Shown in pieces: positions 17,445 through 25,810 of a stretch of DNA of 26,086 bases. The notes beneath the pieces are model-generated. The model made no database searches and was not told the origin of the DNA. It saw only the letters and a list, made by a program, of their open reading frames with translations. A program made the translations under genes and the position numbers. Source of the stretch: a virus (lineage: Duplodnaviria; Caudoviricetes). Numbering within the stretch: position 1 is the stretch's first letter; every line of letters starts with the position of its first letter. The stretch covers positions 1-26,086 of IMG/VR virus record IMGVR_UViG_3300021476_000025; one strand, written 5' to 3'.

Positions 17445-17481
17445 TTAAACATATTAATATCAGGCAAATTAATATGTTTAA
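17445..17481. promoter_or_regulatory. Perfect 14-bp inverted repeat immediately upstream of polA
   Basis: TTAAACATATTAAT (17445-17458), 9-nt spacer, ATTAATATGTTTAA (17468-17481). Confidence 0.55.
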
Positions 17482-17509
17482 ATATATTATGCGTATACTA
17501 AGAAATAAT

Positions 17510-18091
17510 TTACGAAACAATTTTTTGTACCAAACTACCTATTTTTATTAATAACTTATCAGCGAACTGTTCTAAATCTTGGGGCGTAATATTATTATCT
17601 TCTTCAAGTCTTTCATCAAATAAATAATCATCAAGCTCAGTTTCGGAGATATCATTAAGAGATGTTTTATAGATATTAAGTGATGATTTTCGTTCCAATC
17701 GAACTAATAGTCCCCCATGATTTTTAATAAAATTCGCTTCATTTTTAAAACGTACATCCGGGATGGCTACAAATGTCGATGATTGAAGCTGATTAATTTT
17801 CTCAGTAAAGAGCTTTTTAACCCAATAGAGCCCATTCTCGCTAAATTTCCTTCGTATTTCTCCTTCCGCTATCATAGCTTCCCTAGGAGTACGACCTCCA
17901 AGTTTATCACAAGGAAGTTCTTTTAAACTTCCATCTGTATGCTCTTTATTAAGGCCATATATTCGGCGTACATCATCTTTAAGAGGATCGGCAAAAGAAT
18001 AAATATGAAAACCCCTAGCTCTTAAGTATACATCGCAAAACAAACTTTTTCCAGACCCTCGTTTACCAGAAACACCTATAATTGTAGGCAT
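17510..18091 (-). CDS. Deoxynucleoside monophosphate kinase
   Basis: IIGVSGKRGSGKS P-loop, SFADPLK, TPREAM, IPDVRFKNEA and SETELD. Confidence 0.88.
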   Translation of the reverse strand: MPTIIGVSGKRGSGKSLFCDVYLRARGFHIYSFADPLKDDVRRIYGLNKEHTDGSLKELPCDKLGGRTPREAMIAEGEIRRKFSENGLYWVKKLFTEKINQLQSSTFVAIPDVRFKNEANFIKNHGGLLVRLERKSSLNIYKTSLNDISETELDDYLFDERLEEDNNITPQDLEQFADKLLIKIGSLVQKIVS

Positions 18092-18097
18092 AAATTT

Positions 18098-18457
18098 TTA
18101 TCTATCTCCTTCTTCTTGAAAATTGGGATAAACATCCCCATTTAATTCAATCTTTTTATCTTCATATTTACTACCTACTCTCCGATAAAATTCTAAAAAA
18201 GCTAATTCTCTAGCTGCCTGTCTATCACTATCTAGCATACCAGTTAGCCTAATGGAATGATCTATCTCCTGAAATTCCGTATCAAATGATGGATGAGCAG
18301 CTAATTTTTTAAAAAAATGAATTTGTTTATAGGTTGATTCTAATTTCCATCGTTTTAAAAAAAATTGAGTATATAAATAATTAGCATCTCCTTCATTTAA
18401 ATTATGACGATTCCCCTGATTTAGGGCCTTCTTTCTCTCCTCGATTAGATATGGCAT
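18098..18457 (-). CDS. DUF6899-like protein
   Basis: MPYL...R, GDANY and LAFLEFYRRVGSKYEDKKIELNGDV signature. Start moved to MPYL (18457), which follows GGAGGAGG. Confidence 0.7.
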   Translation of the reverse strand: MPYLIEERKKALNQGNRHNLNEGDANYLYTQFFLKRWKLESTYKQIHFFKKLAAHPSFDTEFQEIDHSIRLTGMLDSDRQAARELAFLEFYRRVGSKYEDKKIELNGDVYPNFQEEGDR

Positions 18458-18659
18458 TAAATTCCTCCTCCCTTTTAATCCAAGATTCATATCCTCTAAA
18501 TGATAACCACAAGCCACAAGCACAAATTAGACTTGTAAATAAATCATGCTTCCATATACCAATTAATAAAGCAAATATATTTAAATAAATTCCAAAAATA
18601 CTTAATTTTTTAAAAAATTGACATACTTCTTTCATATTATTCATCATATCTACCCTCAA
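18402..18659 (-). CDS. Small two-TM membrane protein
   Basis: Hydrophobic segments IFGIYLNIFALLIGIW and LFTSLICACGLWLSF. Confidence 0.5.
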   Translation of the reverse strand: MRVDMMNNMKEVCQFFKKLSIFGIYLNIFALLIGIWKHDLFTSLICACGLWLSFRGYESWIKREEEFNAISNRGEKEGPKSGESS

Positions 18660-18662
18660 ATT

Positions 18663-19178
18663 TTATTTCCACTCTTTTAATTGATACCATGTAGCTTTCA
18701 TAAAACATCGAATTAATAATTTTAATCTCCAATAGCTTCTTTTCATCCAAGTTCCATGAACTTTAATGATATGGGTAGCCGCCTCATTCAATGAGTCTGT
18801 AATAAAATCATCCTCAAATAAGGCGACGGATAGATTAGAGGGCTTTTTACTAAATGGATATACTCTTATGACAGGTTTCCATAAAAAATATCTAGCATAT
18901 CCGATTTCATGAGATACTCCCTCACTTTTTCTTTCCGGGGTAAGATCAAGTAAAACATGGGACTCTCTAATCATCTTTTTATCCCGACGCCAATAATTTT
19001 GTAATAGTTCATTAGAAACACTAATTTTTACATTATTAGATTTTACACTTTCTACTGTAACTGGATCAAGAACTTGAATATTATAATTCCCTAAAATAAT
19101 CTTAGCTTGATAAGATTCTTTCACTACATCATTTCCAGGACGACCTGTCATGGCATGAGCTATATAGACTTTAACCAT
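18663..19178 (-). CDS. Nucleoside 2-deoxyribosyltransferase-like / N-glycosidase (NDT/DNPH1 superfamily)
   Basis: KVYIAHAMTG, VLDP, RRDKKMIRESHVLL and SEGVSHEIGYA (catalytic Glu position), KPVI. Confidence 0.75.
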   Translation of the reverse strand: MVKVYIAHAMTGRPGNDVVKESYQAKIILGNYNIQVLDPVTVESVKSNNVKISVSNELLQNYWRRDKKMIRESHVLLDLTPERKSEGVSHEIGYARYFLWKPVIRVYPFSKKPSNLSVALFEDDFITDSLNEAATHIIKVHGTWMKRSYWRLKLLIRCFMKATWYQLKEWK

Positions 19179-20656
19179 TAAAAAGCCTCTACTGAAATGG
19201 ATGTTTTTTCTAAATTTTTATCTGTTACTTTAACAAGAAAAGGAGCAATCGTTGATGAGAGCGTTGATTTTGTATGATATACAAAAGATGAATTAATATC
19301 ATTTCGTCTAACAGTAAAAATAGTCTCAGCCGAAGCCACTTTTGCCACTGAGCCTACCATTCTCATTGCCGATGGCTGTTCTTCTGTTTCTCTATCATGA
19401 AATACTCCTTTATTTTCATGATCTATAAATAGAAATGTACATTTAGTTTCATTTCGTAACTGCTTAATACGCTCCAAAACTACTTGAATTTCAGTTCTAC
19501 TATTTTCTTCTTTAGTATGAAATGTAGCGAAACTATCTATAATCACTAAATCTGGTTGTAGTTCAAATAATTCCTTTTTAAAAGCATCAAAACTTTGTTG
19601 TAAATCAATTCTAATTGTAGTTTCACATTTTATATATAATTGATCCTCTAAAATCTTAGGGTCTATTTCTTTCTCATTTAAAATAGCCTTAAAACGCCTT
19701 TGAGTTTCCCCTTTAAATCGCTCTTGATCTATAAATAATACCTTTCCTTTGTTTGCTTTAAATTTTCCTAACCAAACTCCTCCCCTTGATATTTCAATGG
19801 CTAAATCCATCATTAGCCAAGTTTTCATTGTTTCAGGTAATCCGGCTACAAAACCAATGGATTGCTTAGCTAAAATAGTTGGAACCAACCACTCCACTAT
19901 AGAATTTTGTTTTAAAAAATTATCTATTGATGATGATTCACTGCTTCCTGTTCCTTGTCTATAACGTCCAACCGACTTACAAATTGTTTTAACCTCTTGT
20001 TCTGATAAACCAATTTCAATTCCTTTACTCCTAAGTAAATCAAATATAACGCCACTAGAATATCCCCTAGCACGAAGACTACCGGCCAAACGTGTAAAAG
20101 TGTCATTTCTATTACCCTCCTTTATTTCTTGTAGGGTTTTATCGACCCAACCAGATTCTAGCTTTTTTTCTTTGTTTGGTAATAAATCAATTAGCCATTG
20201 AGGGGGAGGAGATAATTCAGTTATATCAGGTAAATATGTATTCCAGCAAACAACATACCCTCCTTCACCTCGTATATCAGCGTTTTCCATAATATTTGTT
20301 TTAGTAGTAATTTTAGTATCTAATTCAGAAACCCATTTATAATAAATGTGCCATCCTCTATTTGTTTTAATTTTAATAGATTTAGCATCATCTTTCAAAA
20401 CAGGAATTAATATATCATAATCTATATCTAAAACAAGTAATTTACTTAATGATCCTGTTACTATACCAAAAACATTAGTTTCCCATAAATGTACTTCTGA
20501 TAAGGTGCTTATTCGAGTCTGATATTTACTCCAATTAATTAAAGGCTTTTTATAATCAACTGAAGTTATATCATTTCCCCCCTTTAAGGGAATAATATTA
20601 TATCCTTTTTTTAGTAATTCAATAATAGCTTCCTTTTTATTTGAATCAATCATCAT
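19178..20656 (-). CDS. Bifunctional primase-polymerase (Prim-Pol) plus PriCT plus AAA_25/RepA-like helicase
   Basis: GYNIIPL, KKPL, GIVTG...LLVLDID, TNRGWHIYY and DIRGEGGYVV; EGNRNDTFTRLAGSL; Walker A variant GLPETMKT, Walker B LVIIDS, FLFIDHENK. Confidence 0.88.
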   Translation of the reverse strand: MMIDSNKKEAIIELLKKGYNIIPLKGGNDITSVDYKKPLINWSKYQTRISTLSEVHLWETNVFGIVTGSLSKLLVLDIDYDILIPVLKDDAKSIKIKTNRGWHIYYKWVSELDTKITTKTNIMENADIRGEGGYVVCWNTYLPDITELSPPPQWLIDLLPNKEKKLESGWVDKTLQEIKEGNRNDTFTRLAGSLRARGYSSGVIFDLLRSKGIEIGLSEQEVKTICKSVGRYRQGTGSSESSSIDNFLKQNSIVEWLVPTILAKQSIGFVAGLPETMKTWLMMDLAIEISRGGVWLGKFKANKGKVLFIDQERFKGETQRRFKAILNEKEIDPKILEDQLYIKCETTIRIDLQQSFDAFKKELFELQPDLVIIDSFATFHTKEENSRTEIQVVLERIKQLRNETKCTFLFIDHENKGVFHDRETEEQPSAMRMVGSVAKVASAETIFTVRRNDINSSFVYHTKSTLSSTIAPFLVKVTDKNLEKTSISVEAF

Positions 20657-21344
20657 ATTTTTCTCTAAAATAATATGTTTCTACCGCCCTTAATCCTTGA
20701 TCTTTAAATACTTTTATTATTTTTTTATCACTAATCTTTTGAGTATTTACCTGTCCTTCTTTACTGAATTGTACTACCTCGATTTCATTAACTTTAATAT
20801 TATACCATTCTTTCAGTCCTTGCATATATAGGGCTAATTGAATCCAATGTGTCGCATATATCCCAGAAGTAGTTTTATAGTCCCTTAAAATAACTTTATT
20901 TTTCGTTTTAACAAGTAAATCAAGGGTGCCAGCGAATCTATATTGCCATGAACATAATATTCCTTCTGTCATTAATATTTCATCTGGTTTATTTTTTTCA
21001 TACCATTTATCAAACTGAGTCATTGTATTTAATATTTTTACTCTATCAACATGAGAATCAGCTGCCGCTACAATTACATTTACATCATTATAGCGTTGTA
21101 ATGTTTTAGCCTCAGCATAAGCGTGTAAGCTACGACCAATAGAAGCGGCGGCCTTTACTTTTTCTCCCGTCTCATACTCTTTAATTCCTTGAGCAATCTG
21201 CCAACGTAATAGTCTGTCACTTTTGGGATATCCTTGTTTAATAGCAGTTGTTACGCCTACTATAGGCTTATTATTCAAAAGATACCTATACTTATCATCT
21301 TTCTGAAGTTTATACGTTTTTGTATAATCAAGGCTTTCTAACAC
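20646..21344 (-). CDS. PD-(D/E)XK exonuclease (RecB/Cas4-like phage nuclease)
   Basis: VTT, G..LH, E....., FAGTLDLL, DYKT and QLALY motifs; GTG start after GAGGG. Confidence 0.85.
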   Translation of the reverse strand: MLESLDYTKTYKLQKDDKYRYLLNNKPIVGVTTAIKQGYPKSDRLLRWQIAQGIKEYETGEKVKAAASIGRSLHAYAEAKTLQRYNDVNVIVAAADSHVDRVKILNTMTQFDKWYEKNKPDEILMTEGILCSWQYRFAGTLDLLVKTKNKVILRDYKTTSGIYATHWIQLALYMQGLKEWYNIKVNEIEVVQFSKEGQVNTQKISDKKIIKVFKDQGLRAVETYYFREKYDD

Positions 21345-21355
21345 AATAAACCCTC

Positions 21356-21490
21356 TTAAGATTTTAAAGACCCTGGCTTTCGGTATCCTTTAGTGCCATG
21401 TTTACGAAAACAATCTCCATGAAGATTTTCCCAGTTTTTAATACGCCATTCTAACCTATGATAGGCTTTACGCTTTTTTCTTAGTTTCAA
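21356..21490 (-). CDS. 44-aa basic micro-protein (not in ORF track)
   Basis: TTG start, translation MKLRKKRKAYHRLEWRIKNWENLHGDCFRKHGTKGYRKPGSLKS*; fills the gap between two genes. Confidence 0.4.
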   Translation of the reverse strand: MKLRKKRKAYHRLEWRIKNWENLHGDCFRKHGTKGYRKPGSLKS

Positions 21491-21917
21491 CGTAATTTAC
21501 CTGAAAATCAGCCAATTCCACAATAAATTCTTTGGCTTGATTCAGGTCTTTGACTGTCAAATGAGGCGATTGTAGCACCGCTAACGTAGCCGTTTGAATA
21601 GCACCTTGTCGTTTAATTCTTTCCGCCGTTTCCTCAGAAACAGCAGAAGTTTTAACACCTTTATGTTCTTTTATAACATTTGATTTATCGGATTTTAACA
21701 CCTTTACAATCGTTTTATAACCAAGACTATTAGTTTCTACTTCAACATCATATACCCCCCCTGTAACAAATTGCTCTATACTAACTTCTTTACTGACATT
21801 ATACCATTTTTCATTATCACTTAATATCGCCCCATTATTATATTTAGGGTATTTGGGATCGCTATTTACAAACTTAGTTTTTACTTGCTCTAAACTCAAC
21901 GATGCTGGATTCGGCAT
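21468..21917 (-). CDS. Putative single-stranded DNA-binding / annealing protein
   Basis: N-terminal OB-like beta region and an IKRQGA..TA helical C-terminus; sits next to the exonuclease; AGGAG RBS. Function inferred mainly from context. Confidence 0.4.
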   Translation of the reverse strand: MPNPASLSLEQVKTKFVNSDPKYPKYNNGAILSDNEKWYNVSKEVSIEQFVTGGVYDVEVETNSLGYKTIVKVLKSDKSNVIKEHKGVKTSAVSEETAERIKRQGAIQTATLAVLQSPHLTVKDLNQAKEFIVELADFQVNYVETKKKA

Positions 21918-22024
21918 ATTTTTCTCCTATTTTAATAAAAGACCTATACTTCTCTTTTGATTCTTGAGACTCTAATGCATTGAAATTAGTAGGGCTATTT
22001 AATAAAAAATTTAATACCCTGTTA

Positions 22025-22453
22025 TTAAAGTTCTTTATTATTTAACTCCTGTAGTAATTGTTTTATTTTAAGTAATTTTTTTATATCTTTCATATTCGAA
22101 GGCATCGGCATAAAATTTATTTCTTGTATAATATAGTTATAACCCGATAATTTTTTAACCTCTTGACTTTCTAAACTAACTTCTTGATTCATTATTGGAG
22201 TATTAATATTATTAAAATCTGTGACACTAATAGAATTACTAAACGGCATTGACAAAGGTAGCATTTCATCGAATCCTTTACTATTTGTAACTTTTTTAAA
22301 TCCCGCTTCTCCTGGGTCTTTTACATCATTTAAAAGCTTTGAGTCTCCTCCTAAAGTATCACAATTAGGGCATATGACTTGACCTTCTCGTGTCATTCTA
22401 GGCATACCGCATTTATTACAAACTCCTTTAGGTAACTCCTCTTTAATTGACAC
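22025..22453 (-). CDS. Hypothetical protein with N-terminal zinc ribbon
   Basis: CNKC...CPNC. Confidence 0.6.
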   Translation of the reverse strand: MSIKEELPKGVCNKCGMPRMTREGQVICPNCDTLGGDSKLLNDVKDPGEAGFKKVTNSKGFDEMLPLSMPFSNSISVTDFNNINTPIMNQEVSLESQEVKKLSGYNYIIQEINFMPMPSNMKDIKKLLKIKQLLQELNNKEL

Positions 22454-23852
22454 CTTTTAAATCCTCCCTTGATTGTTCTATTTCTTTCGCTTCTTCAATA
22501 AAATATGACTTGGGAATCCATCTAATACTAGGAATCTCTGCAGTATTTAGAGACGCTACTGCCCTAGTCACGGCATTTTGTATAGCAGTTTTAATTTCTC
22601 TACCATTAATATTAATTTCTGAGAGTTCATTAAACATATCATTTTGCTGGGTAGGGGTTCCCACTACATAATTAAGTATTGAATTATGAAGTAAAGTTTT
22701 CCAAATATCTTTACGAGTTTGGTTATTTTGAATAGAATATTCTAAACAAGCATGAACCCTAGAAAAAATAGCTGGATCAATCATATTTACTAAATTGGTT
22801 GTAAGAAATAATACTCCGTCGTAGTATTCAAGTTCCCTCAAAAATACAGCAGTATTATCATCAAACAGAGGGTGAGTACCGCGTCTTTGAATAAATACAT
22901 CAACTTCATCAAGTAATAATACCGCATTAAATTGTTTGGCTTTTTCAAAACTTAGTTTAAGTGTATTTATTAATTCTTTAGAATTCATAAGTCCCGGAAT
23001 GTTTATTTTAATTAATGGACGTCTAATTTTTTCAGCTATTACTTCTGCAGTAAAGGTTTTTCCTGTTCCGGGAGGGCCGTAAAGAAGAAATATTGCTCCC
23101 TTTCCTTTTGAGCAAATATTCTCCAAACCTAGGGTATGATAAATATTTTCATGCATTTGTGGATTAAGAACCCGATGAATAATTCCTAAAATCTTTGAAC
23201 AATAATTGGCCGGTAATAAAATTTTTTTATCAATATTTTCATCAAATACTTTAGGTTGAAGTTTATCGCTATCTAGCATTGAATATATATCATATTCAGG
23301 AAAATAAACCGCAAGTACAGGAAAATGTAAATCTTTGAGGCTATATTTACCATATGTTTGATTAATATCATCTCGAAATTTTTTCATTACTTCTAAATTA
23401 TTATTATCATTTAATCGTCTAAATTCAGTATTACAATCAATAATTCCTAAAGAATGTGCCTTAATTGTAAACTCATACGAAAAAAAGAAATTATTTTTAG
23501 AAATAGTGATATCAACTTTTGTTTCTACGATTTCTTTTTCCTGTAACCAATTTGATAGCCTATACTCTAGTCTTTTTTGTTTCACTTCATTCAATCTATC
23601 TGTAATTTCTTTTGAGGAAGCATAATTTATAAATTTAGATAAAATTTCTTCCACACGTCCCGTAGTTAAATTAATCATTTCTCCATCTATTATTTCTCCG
23701 TCAGACGTTTTAAATTCATATTCATAAATTCTTGAAATTAAATACAATGCATTATCTTTATCTAATTTATAAACAATATCCCCTACTTTAAATTTAGTAT
23801 GAACCTTTTTAGCAGATTTTTCTCGACTTACACTAGGCATACTTATCTCCAT
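22443..23852 (-). CDS. AAA+ ATPase
   Basis: Walker A GPPGTGKT, Walker B LLLDEVD, sensor-1 FLTTN, arginine finger DPAIFSR, lid NGREIK. Confidence 0.92.
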   Translation of the reverse strand: MEISMPSVSREKSAKKVHTKFKVGDIVYKLDKDNALYLISRIYEYEFKTSDGEIIDGEMINLTTGRVEEILSKFINYASSKEITDRLNEVKQKRLEYRLSNWLQEKEIVETKVDITISKNNFFFSYEFTIKAHSLGIIDCNTEFRRLNDNNNLEVMKKFRDDINQTYGKYSLKDLHFPVLAVYFPEYDIYSMLDSDKLQPKVFDENIDKKILLPANYCSKILGIIHRVLNPQMHENIYHTLGLENICSKGKGAIFLLYGPPGTGKTFTAEVIAEKIRRPLIKINIPGLMNSKELINTLKLSFEKAKQFNAVLLLDEVDVFIQRRGTHPLFDDNTAVFLRELEYYDGVLFLTTNLVNMIDPAIFSRVHACLEYSIQNNQTRKDIWKTLLHNSILNYVVGTPTQQNDMFNELSEININGREIKTAIQNAVTRAVASLNTAEIPSIRWIPKSYFIEEAKEIEQSREDLKGVN

Positions 23853-24418
23853 TAAAATTTCACTCTACACCCTAAAATTATACTTTGCTTCGCTGAATAC
23901 CCGCAATAAATAGAAGTATTATCAAATTTACTAAAGGGAAGTGTATATCCTAAACTTACGTATCCGTCCCCATTTTTAGTGCGGGGGTTCACCCCAAATC
24001 CACTAAATAATCCAAATCTCTTAAAATAAAACCATTGAAAATCTAAACCTACTTTAAAGTCCGTAGAGTAAAATAAACAAAGACCTGGCTCAAATAGAAA
24101 TCCGCTTGAAGGATTATAAATAGATAAGTTTCCCCTAACATCCTCAGTAATAATCGTCGTTCTCGCTGTGTTTGAAATTACTTGAGTCACTTGCGAGGGT
24201 AAAGTTCCCGTTTTTAAACTATTAATATTATTTACAAAGGTAGTTTTAGTAATTGTATGAGTCGCATTATTAATAATGAGCTTTTCTCTTTCATTTCCTG
24301 TTAACACTGGCATAGACATATCCCGAAGTTTTTGAGATTGATGCTTATAATATTTAAATACGCTAAATAGGGTTATAAAGATAGTTCCGGTAACTAACAA
24401 CTTATATTTAAGTTTCAT
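23852..24418 (-). CDS. Membrane-anchored protein with C-terminal amphipathic beta-strands (spanin-like / outer-membrane candidate)
   Basis: N-terminal TM LLVTGTIFITLFSVF; about 80 C-terminal residues of Gly/aromatic alternating strands ending in Phe. Confidence 0.5.
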   Translation of the reverse strand: MKLKYKLLVTGTIFITLFSVFKYYKHQSQKLRDMSMPVLTGNEREKLIINNATHTITKTTFVNNINSLKTGTLPSQVTQVISNTARTTIITEDVRGNLSIYNPSSGFLFEPGLCLFYSTDFKVGLDFQWFYFKRFGLFSGFGVNPRTKNGDGYVSLGYTLPFSKFDNTSIYCGYSAKQSIILGCRVKF

Positions 24419-24419
24419 T

Positions 24420-24632
24420 TTAATTCTTTCCTATTTTAACGTGATTTACTAACACTCCATGCACAGTCTTACTCCCCCATATACCAAGAATTACTGTAGA
24501 AAATCCCTGAGGAAGGGGATGATTAATAAGAACTACATACCAAAGCATACCAATAAGATTTATTAATAATAACATCATTCCTACATTACTATTTAATAAT
24601 TTATCTAAATTTGATTTTTTAACTAATTTCAT
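24420..24632 (-). CDS. Putative holin (two TM helices)
   Basis: 70 aa with basic termini and TM segments VGMMLLLINLIGMLWYVVLI and FSTVILGIWG. Confidence 0.45.
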   Translation of the reverse strand: MKLVKKSNLDKLLNSNVGMMLLLINLIGMLWYVVLINHPLPQGFSTVILGIWGSKTVHGVLVNHVKIGKN

Positions 24633-24654
24633 AATTAATAAACTCCCGGCACTT

Positions 24655-24683
24655 ATTATACTCTTTTACAAGAAATTGGTGAC
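24655..24683 (-). promoter_or_regulatory. Possible promoter: perfect -10 TATAAT with non-consensus -35 (GTCACC, 17-nt spacing)
   Basis: TATAAT at 24660-24655 on the - strand, 22 nt upstream of the holin-like ATG, overlapping the 3' end of the sigma-r4 gene. Confidence 0.3.
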
Positions 24684-25073
24684 ACCTTTTAACTTCTTTT
24701 TTGCTCGATTTAAATAGACTCTTACAGCACTTCGGGAAATCCTTAATTCTGCAGCTGTTTCAAGTTGGGTTTTACCCTCAATTAATAACCATATGACTTG
24801 ATGTTCTTTAAAACTAAGTTTCGTCATTAAATTATTTATTTGTGTCACCTTTTCTCGCTGTTCTAAAATAAGCGATGGATCAGAAGATTTTAAATCAGAT
24901 AGCATATCGGGGTTTGCCTGAGAGGGTTCCCACTCGGCATTATTTTTATATTTTACAATATTGTGATTATTGATCCAATTCCAATAAGGACTATTACCAT
25001 CCCCAGAACTATTTTTATATTTTTCTCGGAAAATAACCCCTGTTTTTTGTGGTTTAACAATTCTTTGTCGCAT
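24666..25073 (-). CDS. Sigma70 region 4 / LuxR-type HTH transcription regulator
   Basis: LSFKEHQVIWLLIEGKTQLETAAELRISRSAVRVYLNRAKKKLK; GAGGAG RBS. Confidence 0.8.
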   Translation of the reverse strand: MRQRIVKPQKTGVIFREKYKNSSGDGNSPYWNWINNHNIVKYKNNAEWEPSQANPDMLSDLKSSDPSLILEQREKVTQINNLMTKLSFKEHQVIWLLIEGKTQLETAAELRISRSAVRVYLNRAKKKLKGVTNFL

Positions 25074-25417
25074 TTTATTACTCCTCTAATTTTAATAAGC
25101 CAAACTCTTTGAGATTTAATCCCTATTCTTTTTTCTTCTTGATAACTTAAAACAAATAAATCTATACTATTTTTTAATCTTTTATTCATACAATCATTTA
25201 CTACCCTAAACCCATTTTGTTCTATATAAATAATATCCCCATAATGAATCTTCCCTGACTGCAATAAATCTTGACTTACAGCACACCCAAATTCCGTCGT
25301 ACGATCTCCTATAGCCGTCCAGTCACAATCTTTAGGCTTAGTTTGTGAGGGGATGGCCCGATATGCCGTTATCCGTAAATTACCTAGAAGGATAACGGTT
25401 AATATTATACCGTTCAC
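24953..25417 (-). CDS. 3D-domain (MltA-like) cell-wall hydrolase
   Basis: RITAY...QT...TA.G, CAVSQD, YGDIIYI, RVVNDCM..R...IDLF; hydrophobic N-terminus. Confidence 0.8.
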   Translation of the reverse strand: MNGIILTVILLGNLRITAYRAIPSQTKPKDCDWTAIGDRTTEFGCAVSQDLLQSGKIHYGDIIYIEQNGFRVVNDCMNKRLKNSIDLFVLSYQEEKRIGIKSQRVWLIKIRGVIKCDKELLNHKKQGLFSEKNIKIVLGMVIVLIGIGSIITIL

Positions 25418-25553
25418 GGCGCATTATCTCCCTTTCAAGCTCATGGGCGGCCTCACGTAAAATACTTAACTCACTTAATTTTCCATCGTCAAAAACTCTT
25501 ACCTCTACTACGGTTGAACCTAAAGCCGTATAAAAAAAGATTTCTGCTTTCAT
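25380..25553 (-). CDS. Hypothetical protein
   Basis: Start moved to MKAEIFF (25553): GGAGGAG upstream and ATGA overlap with the preceding frame. Confidence 0.5.
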   Translation of the reverse strand: MKAEIFFYTALGSTVVEVRVFDDGKLSELSILREAAHELEREIMRRERYNINRYPSR

Positions 25554-25810
25554 TTTTTCTCCTCCATCTTGATAATAGCCTTTCTTGACCCTTTGCATAA
25601 AACAGAATCGCGCCCTGTAAACCAACCATCATGTTTCACCACTACATGAAGCGTATAAATAGAATTCCTAAGCTCCTCTAAAAAATTCTTGGAGTTATTA
25701 CAGGCGAGAACAATAAATTTAGCATCCCCCTCGCCCTTACTTTAAACACCATAATTTATAGGTAGCGCGAATCTAGCTAATTCCATCTTTCTTTCCTTCT
25801 TTTCAGCTAG
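25550..25810 (-). pseudogene. Phage gene remnant truncated by the IS and containing an in-frame TAA
   Basis: Reads LAEKKERKMELARFALPINYGV*SKGEGDAKFIVLACNNSKNFLEEL...KAIIKMEEKK*. Internal TAA at 25744-25742; final TGA overlaps the next ATG. Confidence 0.5.

Noticed and set aside
21991-22020. Imperfect inverted repeat AGGGCTATT...AATACCCT upstream of the SSB-like gene
   Set aside because: It is bulged and AT-rich with no clear U-tract, too weak to call a terminator or operator.
16064-22671. Short ORFs nested in polA, the primase-helicase and the AAA gene (16064..16267, 16739..16924, 19749..19964, 19924..20106, 22447..22671)
   Set aside because: They are fully embedded in well-supported genes, with no motif support.
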